Below, piece after piece: positions 32,974-43,540 of a stretch of DNA of 64,000 bases. This DNA comes from the human T2T-CHM13v2.0 reference genome, Homo sapiens: NCBI RefSeq assembly GCF_009914755.1, contig NC_060925.1, one strand, 5' to 3'. The notes beneath the pieces are model-generated. The model worked only from the letters and a program-made list of their open reading frames with translations, did no database searches and was not told where the DNA came from. The position numbers were made by a program, and so were the translations under genes. The number at the start of each line of letters is the position of its first letter. The first letter of the stretch is position 1.

Positions 32974-35796
32974 TAAAAGATAACAAGAAGAACAGAACTA
33001 AAAAGAAACCTACCCCCAAACCACCAGTTGTAGATGAAGCTGGAAGTGGATTGGACAATGGTGACTTCAAGGTCACAACTCCTGACACGTCTACCACCCA
33101 ACACAATAAAGTCAGCACATCTCCCAAGATCACAACAGCAAAACCAATAAATCCCAGACCCAGTCTTCCACCTAATTCTGATACATCTAAAGAGACGTCT
33201 TTGACAGTGAATAAAGAGACAACAGTTGAAACTAAAGAAACTACTACAACAAATAAACAGACTTCAACTGATGGAAAAGAGAAGACTACTTCCGCTAAAG
33301 AGACACAAAGTATAGAGAAAACATCTGCTAAAGATTTAGCACCCACATCTAAAGTGCTGGCTAAACCTACACCCAAAGCTGAAACTACAACCAAAGGCCC
33401 TGCTCTCACCACTCCCAAGGAGCCCACGCCCACCACTCCCAAGGAGCCTGCATCTACCACACCCAAAGAGCCCACACCTACCACCATCAAGTCTGCACCC
33501 ACCACCCCCAAGGAGCCTGCACCCACCACCACCAAGTCTGCACCCACCACTCCCAAGGAGCCTGCACCCACCACCACCAAGGAGCCTGCACCCACCACTC
33601 CCAAGGAGCCTGCACCCACCACCACCAAGGAGCCTGCACCCACCACCACCAAGTCTGCACCCACCACTCCCAAGGAGCCTGCACCCACCACCCCCAAGAA
33701 GCCTGCCCCAACTACCCCCAAGGAGCCTGCACCCACCACTCCCAAGGAGCCTACACCCACCACTCCCAAGGAGCCTGCACCCACCACCAAGGAGCCTGCA
33801 CCCACCACTCCCAAAGAGCCTGCACCCACTGCCCCCAAGAAGCCTGCCCCAACTACCCCCAAGGAGCCTGCACCCACCACTCCCAAGGAGCCTGCACCCA
33901 CCACCACCAAGGAGCCTTCACCCACCACTCCCAAGGAGCCTGCACCCACCACCACCAAGTCTGCACCCACCACTACCAAGGAGCCTGCACCCACCACTAC
34001 CAAGTCTGCACCCACCACTCCCAAGGAGCCTTCACCCACCACCACCAAGGAGCCTGCACCCACCACTCCCAAGGAGCCTGCACCCACCACCCCCAAGAAG
34101 CCTGCCCCAACTACCCCCAAGGAGCCTGCACCCACCACTCCCAAGGAACCTGCACCCACCACCACCAAGAAGCCTGCACCCACCGCTCCCAAAGAGCCTG
34201 CCCCAACTACCCCCAAGGAGACTGCACCCACCACCCCCAAGAAGCTCACGCCCACCACCCCCGAGAAGCTCGCACCCACCACCCCTGAGAAGCCCGCACC
34301 CACCACCCCTGAGGAGCTCGCACCCACCACCCCTGAGGAGCCCACACCCACCACCCCTGAGGAGCCTGCTCCCACCACTCCCAAGGCAGCGGCTCCCAAC
34401 ACCCCTAAGGAGCCTGCTCCAACTACCCCTAAGGAGCCTGCTCCAACTACCCCTAAGGAGCCTGCTCCAACTACCCCTAAGGAGACTGCTCCAACTACCC
34501 CTAAAGGGACTGCTCCAACTACCCTCAAGGAACCTGCACCCACTACTCCCAAGAAGCCTGCCCCCAAGGAGCTTGCACCCACCACCACCAAGGAGCCCAC
34601 ATCCACCACCTCTGACAAGCCCGCTCCAACTACCCCTAAGGGGACTGCTCCAACTACCCCTAAGGAGCCTGCTCCAACTACCCCTAAGGAGCCTGCTCCA
34701 ACTACCCCTAAGGGGACTGCTCCAACTACCCTCAAGGAACCTGCACCCACTACTCCCAAGAAGCCTGCCCCCAAGGAGCTTGCACCCACCACCACCAAGG
34801 GGCCCACATCCACCACCTCTGACAAGCCTGCTCCAACTACACCTAAGGAGACTGCTCCAACTACCCCCAAGGAGCCTGCACCCACTACCCCCAAGAAGCC
34901 TGCTCCAACTACTCCTGAGACACCTCCTCCAACCACTTCAGAGGTCTCTACTCCAACTACCACCAAGGAGCCTACCACTATCCACAAAAGCCCTGATGAA
35001 TCAACTCCTGAGCTTTCTGCAGAACCCACACCAAAAGCTCTTGAAAACAGTCCCAAGGAACCTGGTGTACCTACAACTAAGACTCCTGCAGCGACTAAAC
35101 CTGAAATGACTACAACAGCTAAAGACAAGACAACAGAAAGAGACTTACGTACTACACCTGAAACTACAACTGCTGCACCTAAGATGACAAAAGAGACAGC
35201 AACTACAACAGAAAAAACTACCGAATCCAAAATAACAGCTACAACCACACAAGTAACATCTACCACAACTCAAGATACCACACCATTCAAAATTACTACT
35301 CTTAAAACAACTACTCTTGCACCCAAAGTAACTACAACAAAAAAGACAATTACTACCACTGAGATTATGAACAAACCTGAAGAAACAGCTAAACCAAAAG
35401 ACAGAGCTACTAATTCTAAAGCGACAACTCCTAAACCTCAAAAGCCAACCAAAGCACCCAAAAAACCCACTTCTACCAAAAAGCCAAAAACAATGCCTAG
35501 AGTGAGAAAACCGAAGACGACACCAACTCCCCGCAAGATGACATCAACAATGCCAGAATTGAACCCTACCTCAAGAATAGCAGAAGCCATGCTCCAAACC
35601 ACCACCAGACCTAACCAAACTCCAAACTCCAAACTAGTTGAAGTAAATCCAAAGAGTGAAGATGCAGGTGGTGCTGAAGGAGAAACACCTCATATGCTTC
35701 TCAGGCCCCATGTGTTCATGCCTGAAGTTACTCCCGACATGGATTACTTACCGAGAGTACCCAATCAAGGCATTATCATCAATCCCATGCTTTCCG
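32974..35796 (+). CDS. PRG4: PRG4 exon 7, mucin-like O-glycosylated domain
   Basis: 2823-nt exon inside ORF 32955..35876; KEPAPTTP repeats; DEAGSG motif at 33033-33050; ctccag| acceptor and |gtatta donor. Confidence 0.98.
33415..34980 (+). repeat. PRG4: Coding minisatellite, mostly 24-nt units (AAGGAGCCTGCACCCACCACTCCC-like, KEPAPTTP)
   Basis: Dozens of degenerate tandem copies directly visible. Confidence 0.95.
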
Positions 35797-36448
35797 GTAT
35801 TAAGAATCAGTTATTTTCATTTTTAAAGCTGGTAATGTTAGTTTACATCTATCTGAACCAGAATGCCTTAGTTTAGTATCACTCAACTGAGATATATTAC
35901 CTGACCTTGTTAGCTTGTGAAGTTTTACAGCTTCCCTGTAGGTAAGCAGAGGTGTAATTACAGTAAGCTTTTTCATTCTCTAGAAAATTAAGCCTGGGAA
36001 TTTAGCATATGTGTGTCTGTGAGCAGCAGAGATGGTATATAGAAAGTCAAAAAAATTTAGTTCGGAGTCTATTCTTAAAAGTACAATGCAAAGCAAAAAT
36101 CTGTAGTATCATTTTCCAAACTAACCCAAAGGGAGGGCAATCAGAACTGAAAGATGCAATTTCACATTGAGTTCATACATCCAAAAAATGTCTAGTTTAC
36201 ATGAAAATCAAGGTAACCTGGTCCATTCCAATTCATAATAATTTATTTCATATAATACTTTTGAAGAGTATCATCTTTAAGTAAAATGGAATTATCAAGT
36301 ATATAACTATGCAAACAGGTCAAACTGTGTCCTTCAAGATCTTAGAAAAGGTAAACAGGAAATAGAACCATGTGGAAAGACTTGAAAAGAACATACAGAC
36401 TTTTCTCATTCTGTTCTATATTTGTTTTGTTTTTGTTAATTTGTTTAG

Positions 36449-36526
36449 ATGAGACCAATATATGCAATGGTAAGCCAGTAGATGGACTGACTACTTTGCG
36501 CAATGGGACATTAGTTGCATTCCGAG
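36449..36526 (+). CDS. PRG4: PRG4 exon 8, start of hemopexin-like domain
   Basis: DETNICNGKPVDGLTTLRNGTLVAFR, 78 nt; N-G-T sequon. Confidence 0.96.
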
Positions 36527-37152
36527 GTGAGCTATGTACACATTTATTTTTCTTCTCATCATTCTGTTTTGGCATTTATGAGAACCAAAGCCGTGGAAGA
36601 GTGCTAGTTTGGGTTGTTTTCTGGAGGGGAATCTGATTGATAAGCACACCTCACAGGAGAATCCGAGAGTAATAACAGAAATATTGGATTAAGAAAATTA
36701 GACAAAGTAACAAAACAAAACCAAGACCCTGAACTGATACTACTGAGGTTTTTTCCTACTGTTAAGATTTAAAAAGTAGTTCATTTTTTTTGGGGGGGGG
36801 GGGGGTAGTTAAAATTTAAAAAATAAAATAAAATTTTAATTTCATACCAAATGAAATGACACCAGCATGCATATTCACTGCTTTATTTGAAAATAACATC
36901 TCAATTGTGATGTGTTCAAGTGTTACACTCTCTGTCGGAGAGTAACAGAAGAAAAGTTATTTCATGTTAATTCTCTGCTGTACTCTGCTAGTCCAGTCTT
37001 GAAACATATTTAGATTAAATCTGAAAGCAATTCCTTTTCGTACAGTAGAGGCTAAAGAGATGTTAGTCATTAAATTATAATTCCTTAGTTCTAAGAGATA
37101 AAGAAATTGAGATCTAAAGAGATAGTGACTGTAAGTCACAAAGCCAAAAGGC

Positions 37153-37458
37153 TTTTTTGAGACCGGATCTCCCTCTGTCACCCAGGCTGGAGTAGAGTGG
37201 TGCAATTACGGCTCAATGCAGGCTCGATCTCCTGGGCCCAAGTGATCCTCCCATCTCAGCCACCTGAGTAGCTGGGACTACAGGTGTGCACCACCATGCC
37301 TGGCTAATTTTTGTATTTTTTTTTGTATTTTTTTTTTTTTGTAGAGACAGGGTTTTGTCATGGTGTCCACGCTGGTCTCAAACTCCTGGGCCCAAGCCAT
37401 CTACCCGCCTTAACCTCCCAAAGTGCTGGATTACAGGTGTGAGCCACTGCACCTGGCC
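37153..37458 (-). mobile_element. Alu (AluJ-like) in PRG4 intron 8
   Basis: Diverged antisense dimer. Confidence 0.9.
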
Positions 37459-37691
37459 CAACCAATAGGCTCTTTCTAAAGAAACTAGAAAACTAAAGTA
37501 TCTCAAAGGTTATGCTAAATTTCGGACTTGGGAAATACCTGCTCTCAGAAATGTTCAAATACTACCTTTTGTATCTGACTAAACTTCCAGTCATACAATG
37601 CATAAGAAAACTACATTTTTTTTCATTTTGGTTTCTTTTGTGATAGGTTTAGCATTCAGCTTGTAGGCTGATGTCTTTCCTTAAATTTTAG

Positions 37692-37828
37692 GTCATTATT
37701 TCTGGATGCTAAGTCCATTCAGTCCACCATCTCCAGCTCGCAGAATTACTGAAGTTTGGGGTATTCCTTCCCCCATTGATACTGTTTTTACTAGGTGCAA
37801 CTGTGAAGGAAAAACTTTCTTCTTTAAG
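37692..37828 (+). CDS. PRG4: PRG4 exon 9, hemopexin repeat
   Basis: GHYFWMLSPFSPPSPARRITEVWGIPSPIDTVFTRCNCEGKTFFFK, 137 nt. Confidence 0.96.
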
Positions 37829-38097
37829 GTAACACAAATATCTTTGTGAGAGAAATTTAATAATAATTTGTAACTGCATTATTTATTACAACATATATTG
37901 CCTTAACCTCCAATATGTGTCCTTTTAAATACTCTGTCATCAAAATTTAATCATAATTCAACAGTTTGATAACAGTAATGGTCAAAATTCAACCGTTTAA
38001 CCAAGTTAACACGTTCTCTCTATACTTAAATCTAGAAAGGAGTTCCAAATCTTTTTTCCCAAAGCTGATAACATAATTTTCTCTTTTAAATTATCAG

Positions 38098-38254
38098 GAT
38101 TCTCAGTACTGGCGTTTTACCAATGATATAAAAGATGCAGGGTACCCCAAACCAATTTTCAAAGGATTTGGAGGACTAACTGGACAAATAGTGGCAGCGC
38201 TTTCAACAGCTAAATATAAGAACTGGCCTGAATCTGTGTATTTTTTCAAGAGAG
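38098..38254 (+). CDS. PRG4: PRG4 exon 10, hemopexin repeat
   Basis: DSQYWRFTNDIKDAGYPKPIFKGFGGL...ESVYFFKR, 157 nt. Confidence 0.96.
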
Positions 38255-38315
38255 GTATGTGTTACATAATTGACAAGATTACAAAACTTTTAAAGAATTA
38301 CACTCAGCATTTTCA

Positions 38316-38321
38316 TTTATT
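38316..38321 (-). terminator. TPR: Candidate distal TPR poly(A) signal
   Basis: TTTATT on + equals AATAAA on -; fits my recollection of a ~2.3-kb TPR 3' UTR; other hexamers also exist in between. Confidence 0.45.
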
Positions 38322-38494
38322 ATTGACTTTACTGTCAAAAGATATCTTTAATGGCTGAAATCAAATATTTTCAGTGAAAAAAATCAATATTGAGGGTAGT
38401 ATTCTTATTGCCCTCAATTTTTATTTTCATTTCTTCACAGGCAAGTCACAATTCATTTGAGTTTTCAGGTCACTGATAGAATGTCATTTACTTT

Positions 38495-38586
38495 CGCTTC
38501 ACAAATGTGCATGTCATCCTTGCACAAGGGCCATGCTAATCTCTGTATCATTCCAGTTTTAGTATATGTGCTGCCAAACTGAGCAC
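38495..38586 (-). pseudogene. U6 snRNA retropseudogene, 3'-truncated
   Basis: Reverse complement GTGCTCAGTTTGGCAGCACATATACTAAAACTGGAATGATACAGAGATTAGCATGGCCCTTGTGCAAGGATGACATGCACATTTGTGAAGCG closely follows U6, with CpG-type decay and no terminal TTCCATATTTT. Confidence 0.93.
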
Positions 38587-38832
38587 TTGTCACTTTCAAT
38601 TGAAATTAAATATATAACTATGTAATTTGCTGCATCTATTCATTCAACAAGTATTTCAGTTTAATAATTATTTTTATAATACCCTTGACTAATAGCCATT
38701 ATTAATATCAATATATTATATGAAAAATGAGAACAAAACTGTTTCCTATACATTGTAAAAGTTGTTTTCCACCTTTTCTGAGGGTATTAAAATTAATTTT
38801 CATTTTCCATGTGATATTCTAATACATAACAG

Positions 38833-39030
38833 GTGGCAGCATTCAGCAGTATATTTATAAACAGGAACCTGTACAGAAGTGCCCTGGAAGAAGGCCTGCT
38901 CTAAATTATCCAGTGTATGGAGAAACGACACAGGTTAGGAGACGTCGCTTTGAACGTGCTATAGGACCTTCTCAAACACACACCATCAGAATTCAATATT
39001 CACCTGCCAGACTGGCTTATCAAGACAAAG
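38833..39030 (+). CDS. PRG4: PRG4 exon 11
   Basis: GGSIQQYIYKQEPVQKCPG...QVRRRRFERAIG...AYQDK, 198 nt. Confidence 0.96.
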
Positions 39031-39426
39031 GTAACATTTTTATTGTGTTAAAAAAATCCTTAAACATAAGTAGATGTAATACAGTTTCTTATACAGTAAG
39101 GCTTATGAAATATGGATACTGATCAAACAGCCCTAATAATTTAAGCTTACTGATGAAAAACTCATCCACTTGCCTTAGTGAATAACCAAAGACCAATACT
39201 TTCTTTTTCCTTGTGGGTAAGGAAAGCAGTTTGTTCAGGTTTGTTAGTTATAACCAATACTATTTATCAAGTACTTCTTACCAAGAACATTATATACCAG
39301 TCTATAACCCTCAATAGTTCTACATCAGAGGGCTAAAACTGAGATTAAAACTCAGATGTCTGGCTCTTTCCAAGATAGTACATTGCCTTTTAATCTGGTA
39401 TCTTTTATTAAACATGCCACTTACAG

Positions 39427-39552
39427 GTGTCCTTCATAATGAAGTTAAAGTGAGTATACTGTGGAGAGGACTTCCAAATGTGGTTACCTCAGCTATATCA
39501 CTGCCCAACATCAGAAAACCTGACGGCTATGATTACTATGCCTTTTCTAAAG
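39427..39552 (+). CDS. PRG4: PRG4 exon 12
   Basis: GVLHNEVKVSILWRGLPNVVTSAISLPNIRKPDGYDYYAFSK, 126 nt. Confidence 0.96.
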
Positions 39553-40338
39553 GTAAGGTATTAACTAACAGTTTCCCAAGGAGGTGATATCATTTGTGAA
39601 AACATGAAGATAAAGTAAAAATGCTGGCTGCAATGATGACTGAATGTGAGAAGTTACACTACGGTACTTATTCTAATTGCTGTGGAAAAGAGTTAAGACT
39701 TTTGCTTTAATTTCAATTAAAATGATGGCACTGCAATTCAATTCTGCTCTAACCTTCATGAGATTACGATAAAACATCCAGTTACTAGAGTAAACTTGCT
39801 ACTGACAATAGTATTTTACTTCTATCATTTGTGGCATTTAACAGATACCTTGTTTGGCACAAGGTTATAATGATTTGCATCACTGCAGAGTCTGTAAGAT
39901 CAGAAAGAAGTTCCTGAGAAACTAATTTTATTAATTAAATTATATTACTCAGGATGCTTTTCTTTGAAATGCCCAGAAATCTAAGTTATTCTGCCTGTAA
40001 TTTCATAATATGAATGACATTGGCATGTATTTTTTAAAAGGAATAACCCCAAGTAAATTATTTTTCAAACTTGGTTACTCTTTAATGTTTACTTCATAAA
40101 GGAGAGCTGAACCTGATTTTACAAAAAGATGGTGAAATGTCAATCTTTTGAAACATCAAAAAAGCTGAAAAGTCTAGGCAATTGTTTTTCTTTTTGTTAT
40201 AAAGTTCAAATTAATTAGTAAAAACATCTCTATTAAAATGATAAACATTGTCTTTGAGCATAATAGTCAACATAAGTTATTTTTTAGTTTGGGCATTGTT
40301 TTCTTTTTAACTAAAAAAATGTTTTCTCTTCCATTTAG

Positions 40339-40436
40339 ATCAATACTATAACATTGATGTGCCTAGTAGAACAGCAAGAGCAATTACTACTCGTTCTGGG
40401 CAGACCTTATCCAAAGTCTGGTACAACTGTCCTTAG
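40339..40436 (+). CDS. PRG4: PRG4 exon 13 coding part, stop TAG 40434-40436
   Basis: DQYYNIDVPSRTARAITTRSGQTLSKVWYNCP*, 98 nt. Confidence 0.96.
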
Positions 40437-40502
40437 ACTGATGAGCAAAGGAGGAGTCAACTAATGAAGAAATGAATAATAAATTTTGACACTGAAAAAC
40501 AT

Positions 40503-40514
40503 TTTATTAATAAA
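40503..40514. terminator. Palindromic bidirectional poly(A) signal TTTATTAATAAA
   Basis: AATAAA on + (40509-40514) and on - (40508-40503), lying between the PRG4 and TPR stop codons. Confidence 0.55.
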
Positions 40515-40628
40515 GAATATTGACATGAGTATACCAGTTTATATATAAAAATGTTTTTAAACTTGACAATCATTACACTAAAACAGATTTGATAATCTTA
40601 TTCACAGTTGTTATTGTTTACAGACCAT

Positions 40629-40684
40629 TTAATTAATATTTCCTCTGTTTATTCCTCCTCTCCCTCCCATTGCATGGCTCACAC
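40629..40684 (-). CDS. TPR: TPR terminal exon (51) coding part; stop TAA 40631-40629
   Basis: (G)VSHAMGGRGGINRGNIN*, preceded on - by polypyrimidine tract and acceptor ttttacag. Confidence 0.95.
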
Positions 40685-41172
40685 CTGTAAAAGAAAAAAG
40701 AATCAAATTGAATATATCTTTTAAGAATTCAAAACTAGTGTATTCACTTACCCTAGTTCATTATAAAAAATATCTAGGCATTGTGGATATAAAACTGTTG
40801 GGTATTCTACAACTTCAATGGAAATTATTACAAGCAGATTAATCCCTCTTTTTGTGACACAAGTACAATCTAAAAGTTATATTGGAAAACATGGAAATAT
40901 TAAAATTTTACACTTTTACTAGCTAAAACATAATCACAAAGCTTTATTGTGTTGTATAAAAAAATTAACAATATAATGGCAATAGGTAGAGATACAACAA
41001 ATGAATATAACACTATAACACTTCATATTTTCCAAATCTTAATTTGGATTTAAGGAAGAAATCAATAAATATAAAATATAAGCACATATTTATTATATAT
41101 CTAAGGTATACAAATCTGTCTACATGAAGTTTACAGATTGGTAAATATCACCTGCTCAACATGTAATTATTT

Positions 41173-41202
41173 AATAAAACTTTGGAACATTAAAAAAATA
41201 AA
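41173..41202 (+). terminator. PRG4: Likely distal PRG4 poly(A) signals (AATAAA 41173-41178 and 41197-41202)
   Basis: Tandem AATAAA ~740-765 nt after the stop codon. Confidence 0.65.
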
Positions 41203-41286
41203 TTGGAGGCTTAAGGATTAGAAAACTTGTTCCATTTATTACTATTCCACATTCTATCATGTAATCCAGTTATGTCAGAAATTCAC

Positions 41287-41382
41287 CTCTCTGTCTGTTA
41301 AACTGACGACCACGGACACCTTGTCTCAATGTTGTCTGAAGTCTTACTCGTCTGAAAGGCTTTGGTTGACTACTACTAGTAT
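41287..41382 (-). CDS. TPR: TPR exon 50
   Basis: [32 protein letters not shown], 96 nt. Confidence 0.94.
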
Positions 41383-41574
41383 CTAAGAAAAACATTAAGA
41401 TAAAAGAAAAGCAAGTGAAAAAATGAGAAAGCATTTATAATGATACAAACTAATTACTAAATGAATGAATGAATAAGATGTAGACTTGTTCATTTGATTT
41501 CAATTCTTTTTTTCAAACAATGAGGAACATTTAACAAACCGAAAAAGGGTAAATGGTTAAACAACAAAAAAAGC

Positions 41575-41910
41575 AGCACTTTGGGAGGCTAAGGTGGGAG
41601 GATCACTTGAGCTCAGGAGTTCGAGACCAGCCTGGGCAACACAGCGAGACCCTGTTTCTACAAAATTATAAAACAATTAGCTGGGCATGGTGGAACATGC
41701 CTACAGTCCCAGTTACTCAGGAGGCTGAGGCTAGAGGATCACTTGAGCCCGGGTGAGGTTGAGGCTGCAGTGAGCCATGATCAAGCTAACAGTACTCCAG
41801 GGAGACCGGTGAGATCCTGCCTTAAAAAACACCCAAAAAACCAGGCAGACCAAGGCCCTGTCTCAAAAAAAAAACAAACAAACAAACAAAAAAAAAACAC
41901 CAAAAAAAAA
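41575..41910 (+). mobile_element. Alu (AluJ-like), 5'-truncated, with a doubled 3' end
   Basis: CAGCACTTTGGGAGG...two successive A-rich tails. Confidence 0.85.
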
Positions 41911-43289
41911 CCAGAAGTGCTTGACTTTTTTTCATTCATTCACTTATACTAATAAATATTTACTTGTTGACTACCCATGTATCAAACATACTGCCAGGTG
42001 CTGAGAAATACAACAGAAAACAAAATATCAAGTCCCTCAGCAAACAGCCTACAACAGAACACAAATTATATCTGATTCTTTTTCAGACACCCCAAATGCA
42101 ATCATTAGCAAATCATGAATGCTCAAATTTAAATATATATCCCAAATCTGACAACTTCTCACAATCCTAACTCTACCATCTCACCTAAGCCATTACTATC
42201 TTTTCCTGACTTACTGCAGTAGCCTCCAAAGTTTCTCGTTTCTGTCCATTATTCATTTTTAATCTCTTCTGTATGCAGCAGCCAAACTGATCTGATCATG
42301 TCATGTCATTATTCTGTGTGAAGCCCTCCAATAGCTTCTGGTATCCATGACAGCCAAGGCAATTACAATGATCTACTCGATCTATCCTCTCCCGCCTCTT
42401 AACATATCTCCTGCTACTCTCTGTTCTCACTCACTGTGCTCCAGCCACAGTGGCCTCCTTGTTGACCCTGAACACAAGCAGACACACTGCTGCCTTATGG
42501 ACTTGGCATCTATTAATATTCTCTTTGATCTAGTATGCTCTTCATTAAGTAACTGCACAGCTTTGATCCCTTTCTTCTTTCAGCTCTTAAATGTCACCTT
42601 CTCTTAGTGATGCTTCCTATGAAACTGCCTGCTACACTGTCAAATATTTGTTGACCAAATGAATACTCAGATGGGGGAAGTACAGTTTTACATTATCAAA
42701 TAAATTTAAAGACATCGTAATTTCATATTATACTTTAAAGGAAACAACCATATTTTCTCATACAAGCTCTGATAAGATATAACAAGTGCTAATTCTATTG
42801 AGGAAAGCCAATTTTTATGGGACGTCAAAATATAACTGGGGGCACAAAACTTCAGTAATCATTAATATGATTGTTATACATTTTTTAAGCCTTACTGCGT
42901 ATGAAATGGTTCTGTAATTTACATACATTATTTTAAATCCTGATTGCAAGATTAGTTATGAGTATCCATATTACATAATGTATAGAAATTTAAAGTTACC
43001 AGATATGAAACGGTAGATATTAGGGATATTAACCAATAGGCTGATGTGTCACATCAAAGCAGCTGAGAATCAGGGGAAGAGATTTTGGGATAGCAAAGTT
43101 CTGTGATTTAAAAAAGTAATAAATAACTGAGCAGGTCTGCCATAAAATCTGAAGGTTCCATGGCAGAGTTTGAGAATTACCACTGTAAACAATTAAAAAT
43201 TAAAATAATCAGACTGAATGACCAAGTACTGTATATCCTTAATAGTAAAGGTAATTCTCTGTCTAAAAATTTGAGATAGATGAGCTAGT

Positions 43290-43540
43290 ATAGTGTATTG
43301 TTCAAGAGTGGGGTCTCTGGAGCCAGACTTCTTCAGTGTAATCGTTGCTTGTCCGTTACTTATTAGCTATTTGACTTTGAAGAGGTTATTCACCCTTTCT
43401 GTGCCTCAGCTTCCATATCTATAAAATGTGGATGAATATCTACCGCACTGAGTTGCGAGAATCAAATAAGGAAATATAAGTAAAGGGCTCAGAATACTAC
43501 ATGATACACAGTTAAGTGTTCAGTAAATGCTAACTGTTAT
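43290..43540. mobile_element. MIR SINE
   Basis: CTCTGGAGCCAGAC...TTTCTGTGCCTCAGCTTCC..ATCTATAAAATG core. Confidence 0.7.

Noticed and set aside
33415-34980. Regular repeat array resembling CRISPR or another novel array
   Set aside because: No unique spacers; a coding tandem repeat in a eukaryotic gene
32942-35266. 774-aa antisense ORF with GVVGAGSL repeats (elastin/silk-like)
   Set aside because: Codon-for-codon shadow of the Pro/Thr/Lys/Glu/Ala mucin frame, whose reverse complement lacks stops; begins at GTG, with no independent promoter or splice evidence
33487-35632. Other short alternate-frame ORFs in exon 7 (74, 178, 98, 64 aa)
   Set aside because: By-products of the low-complexity coding repeat
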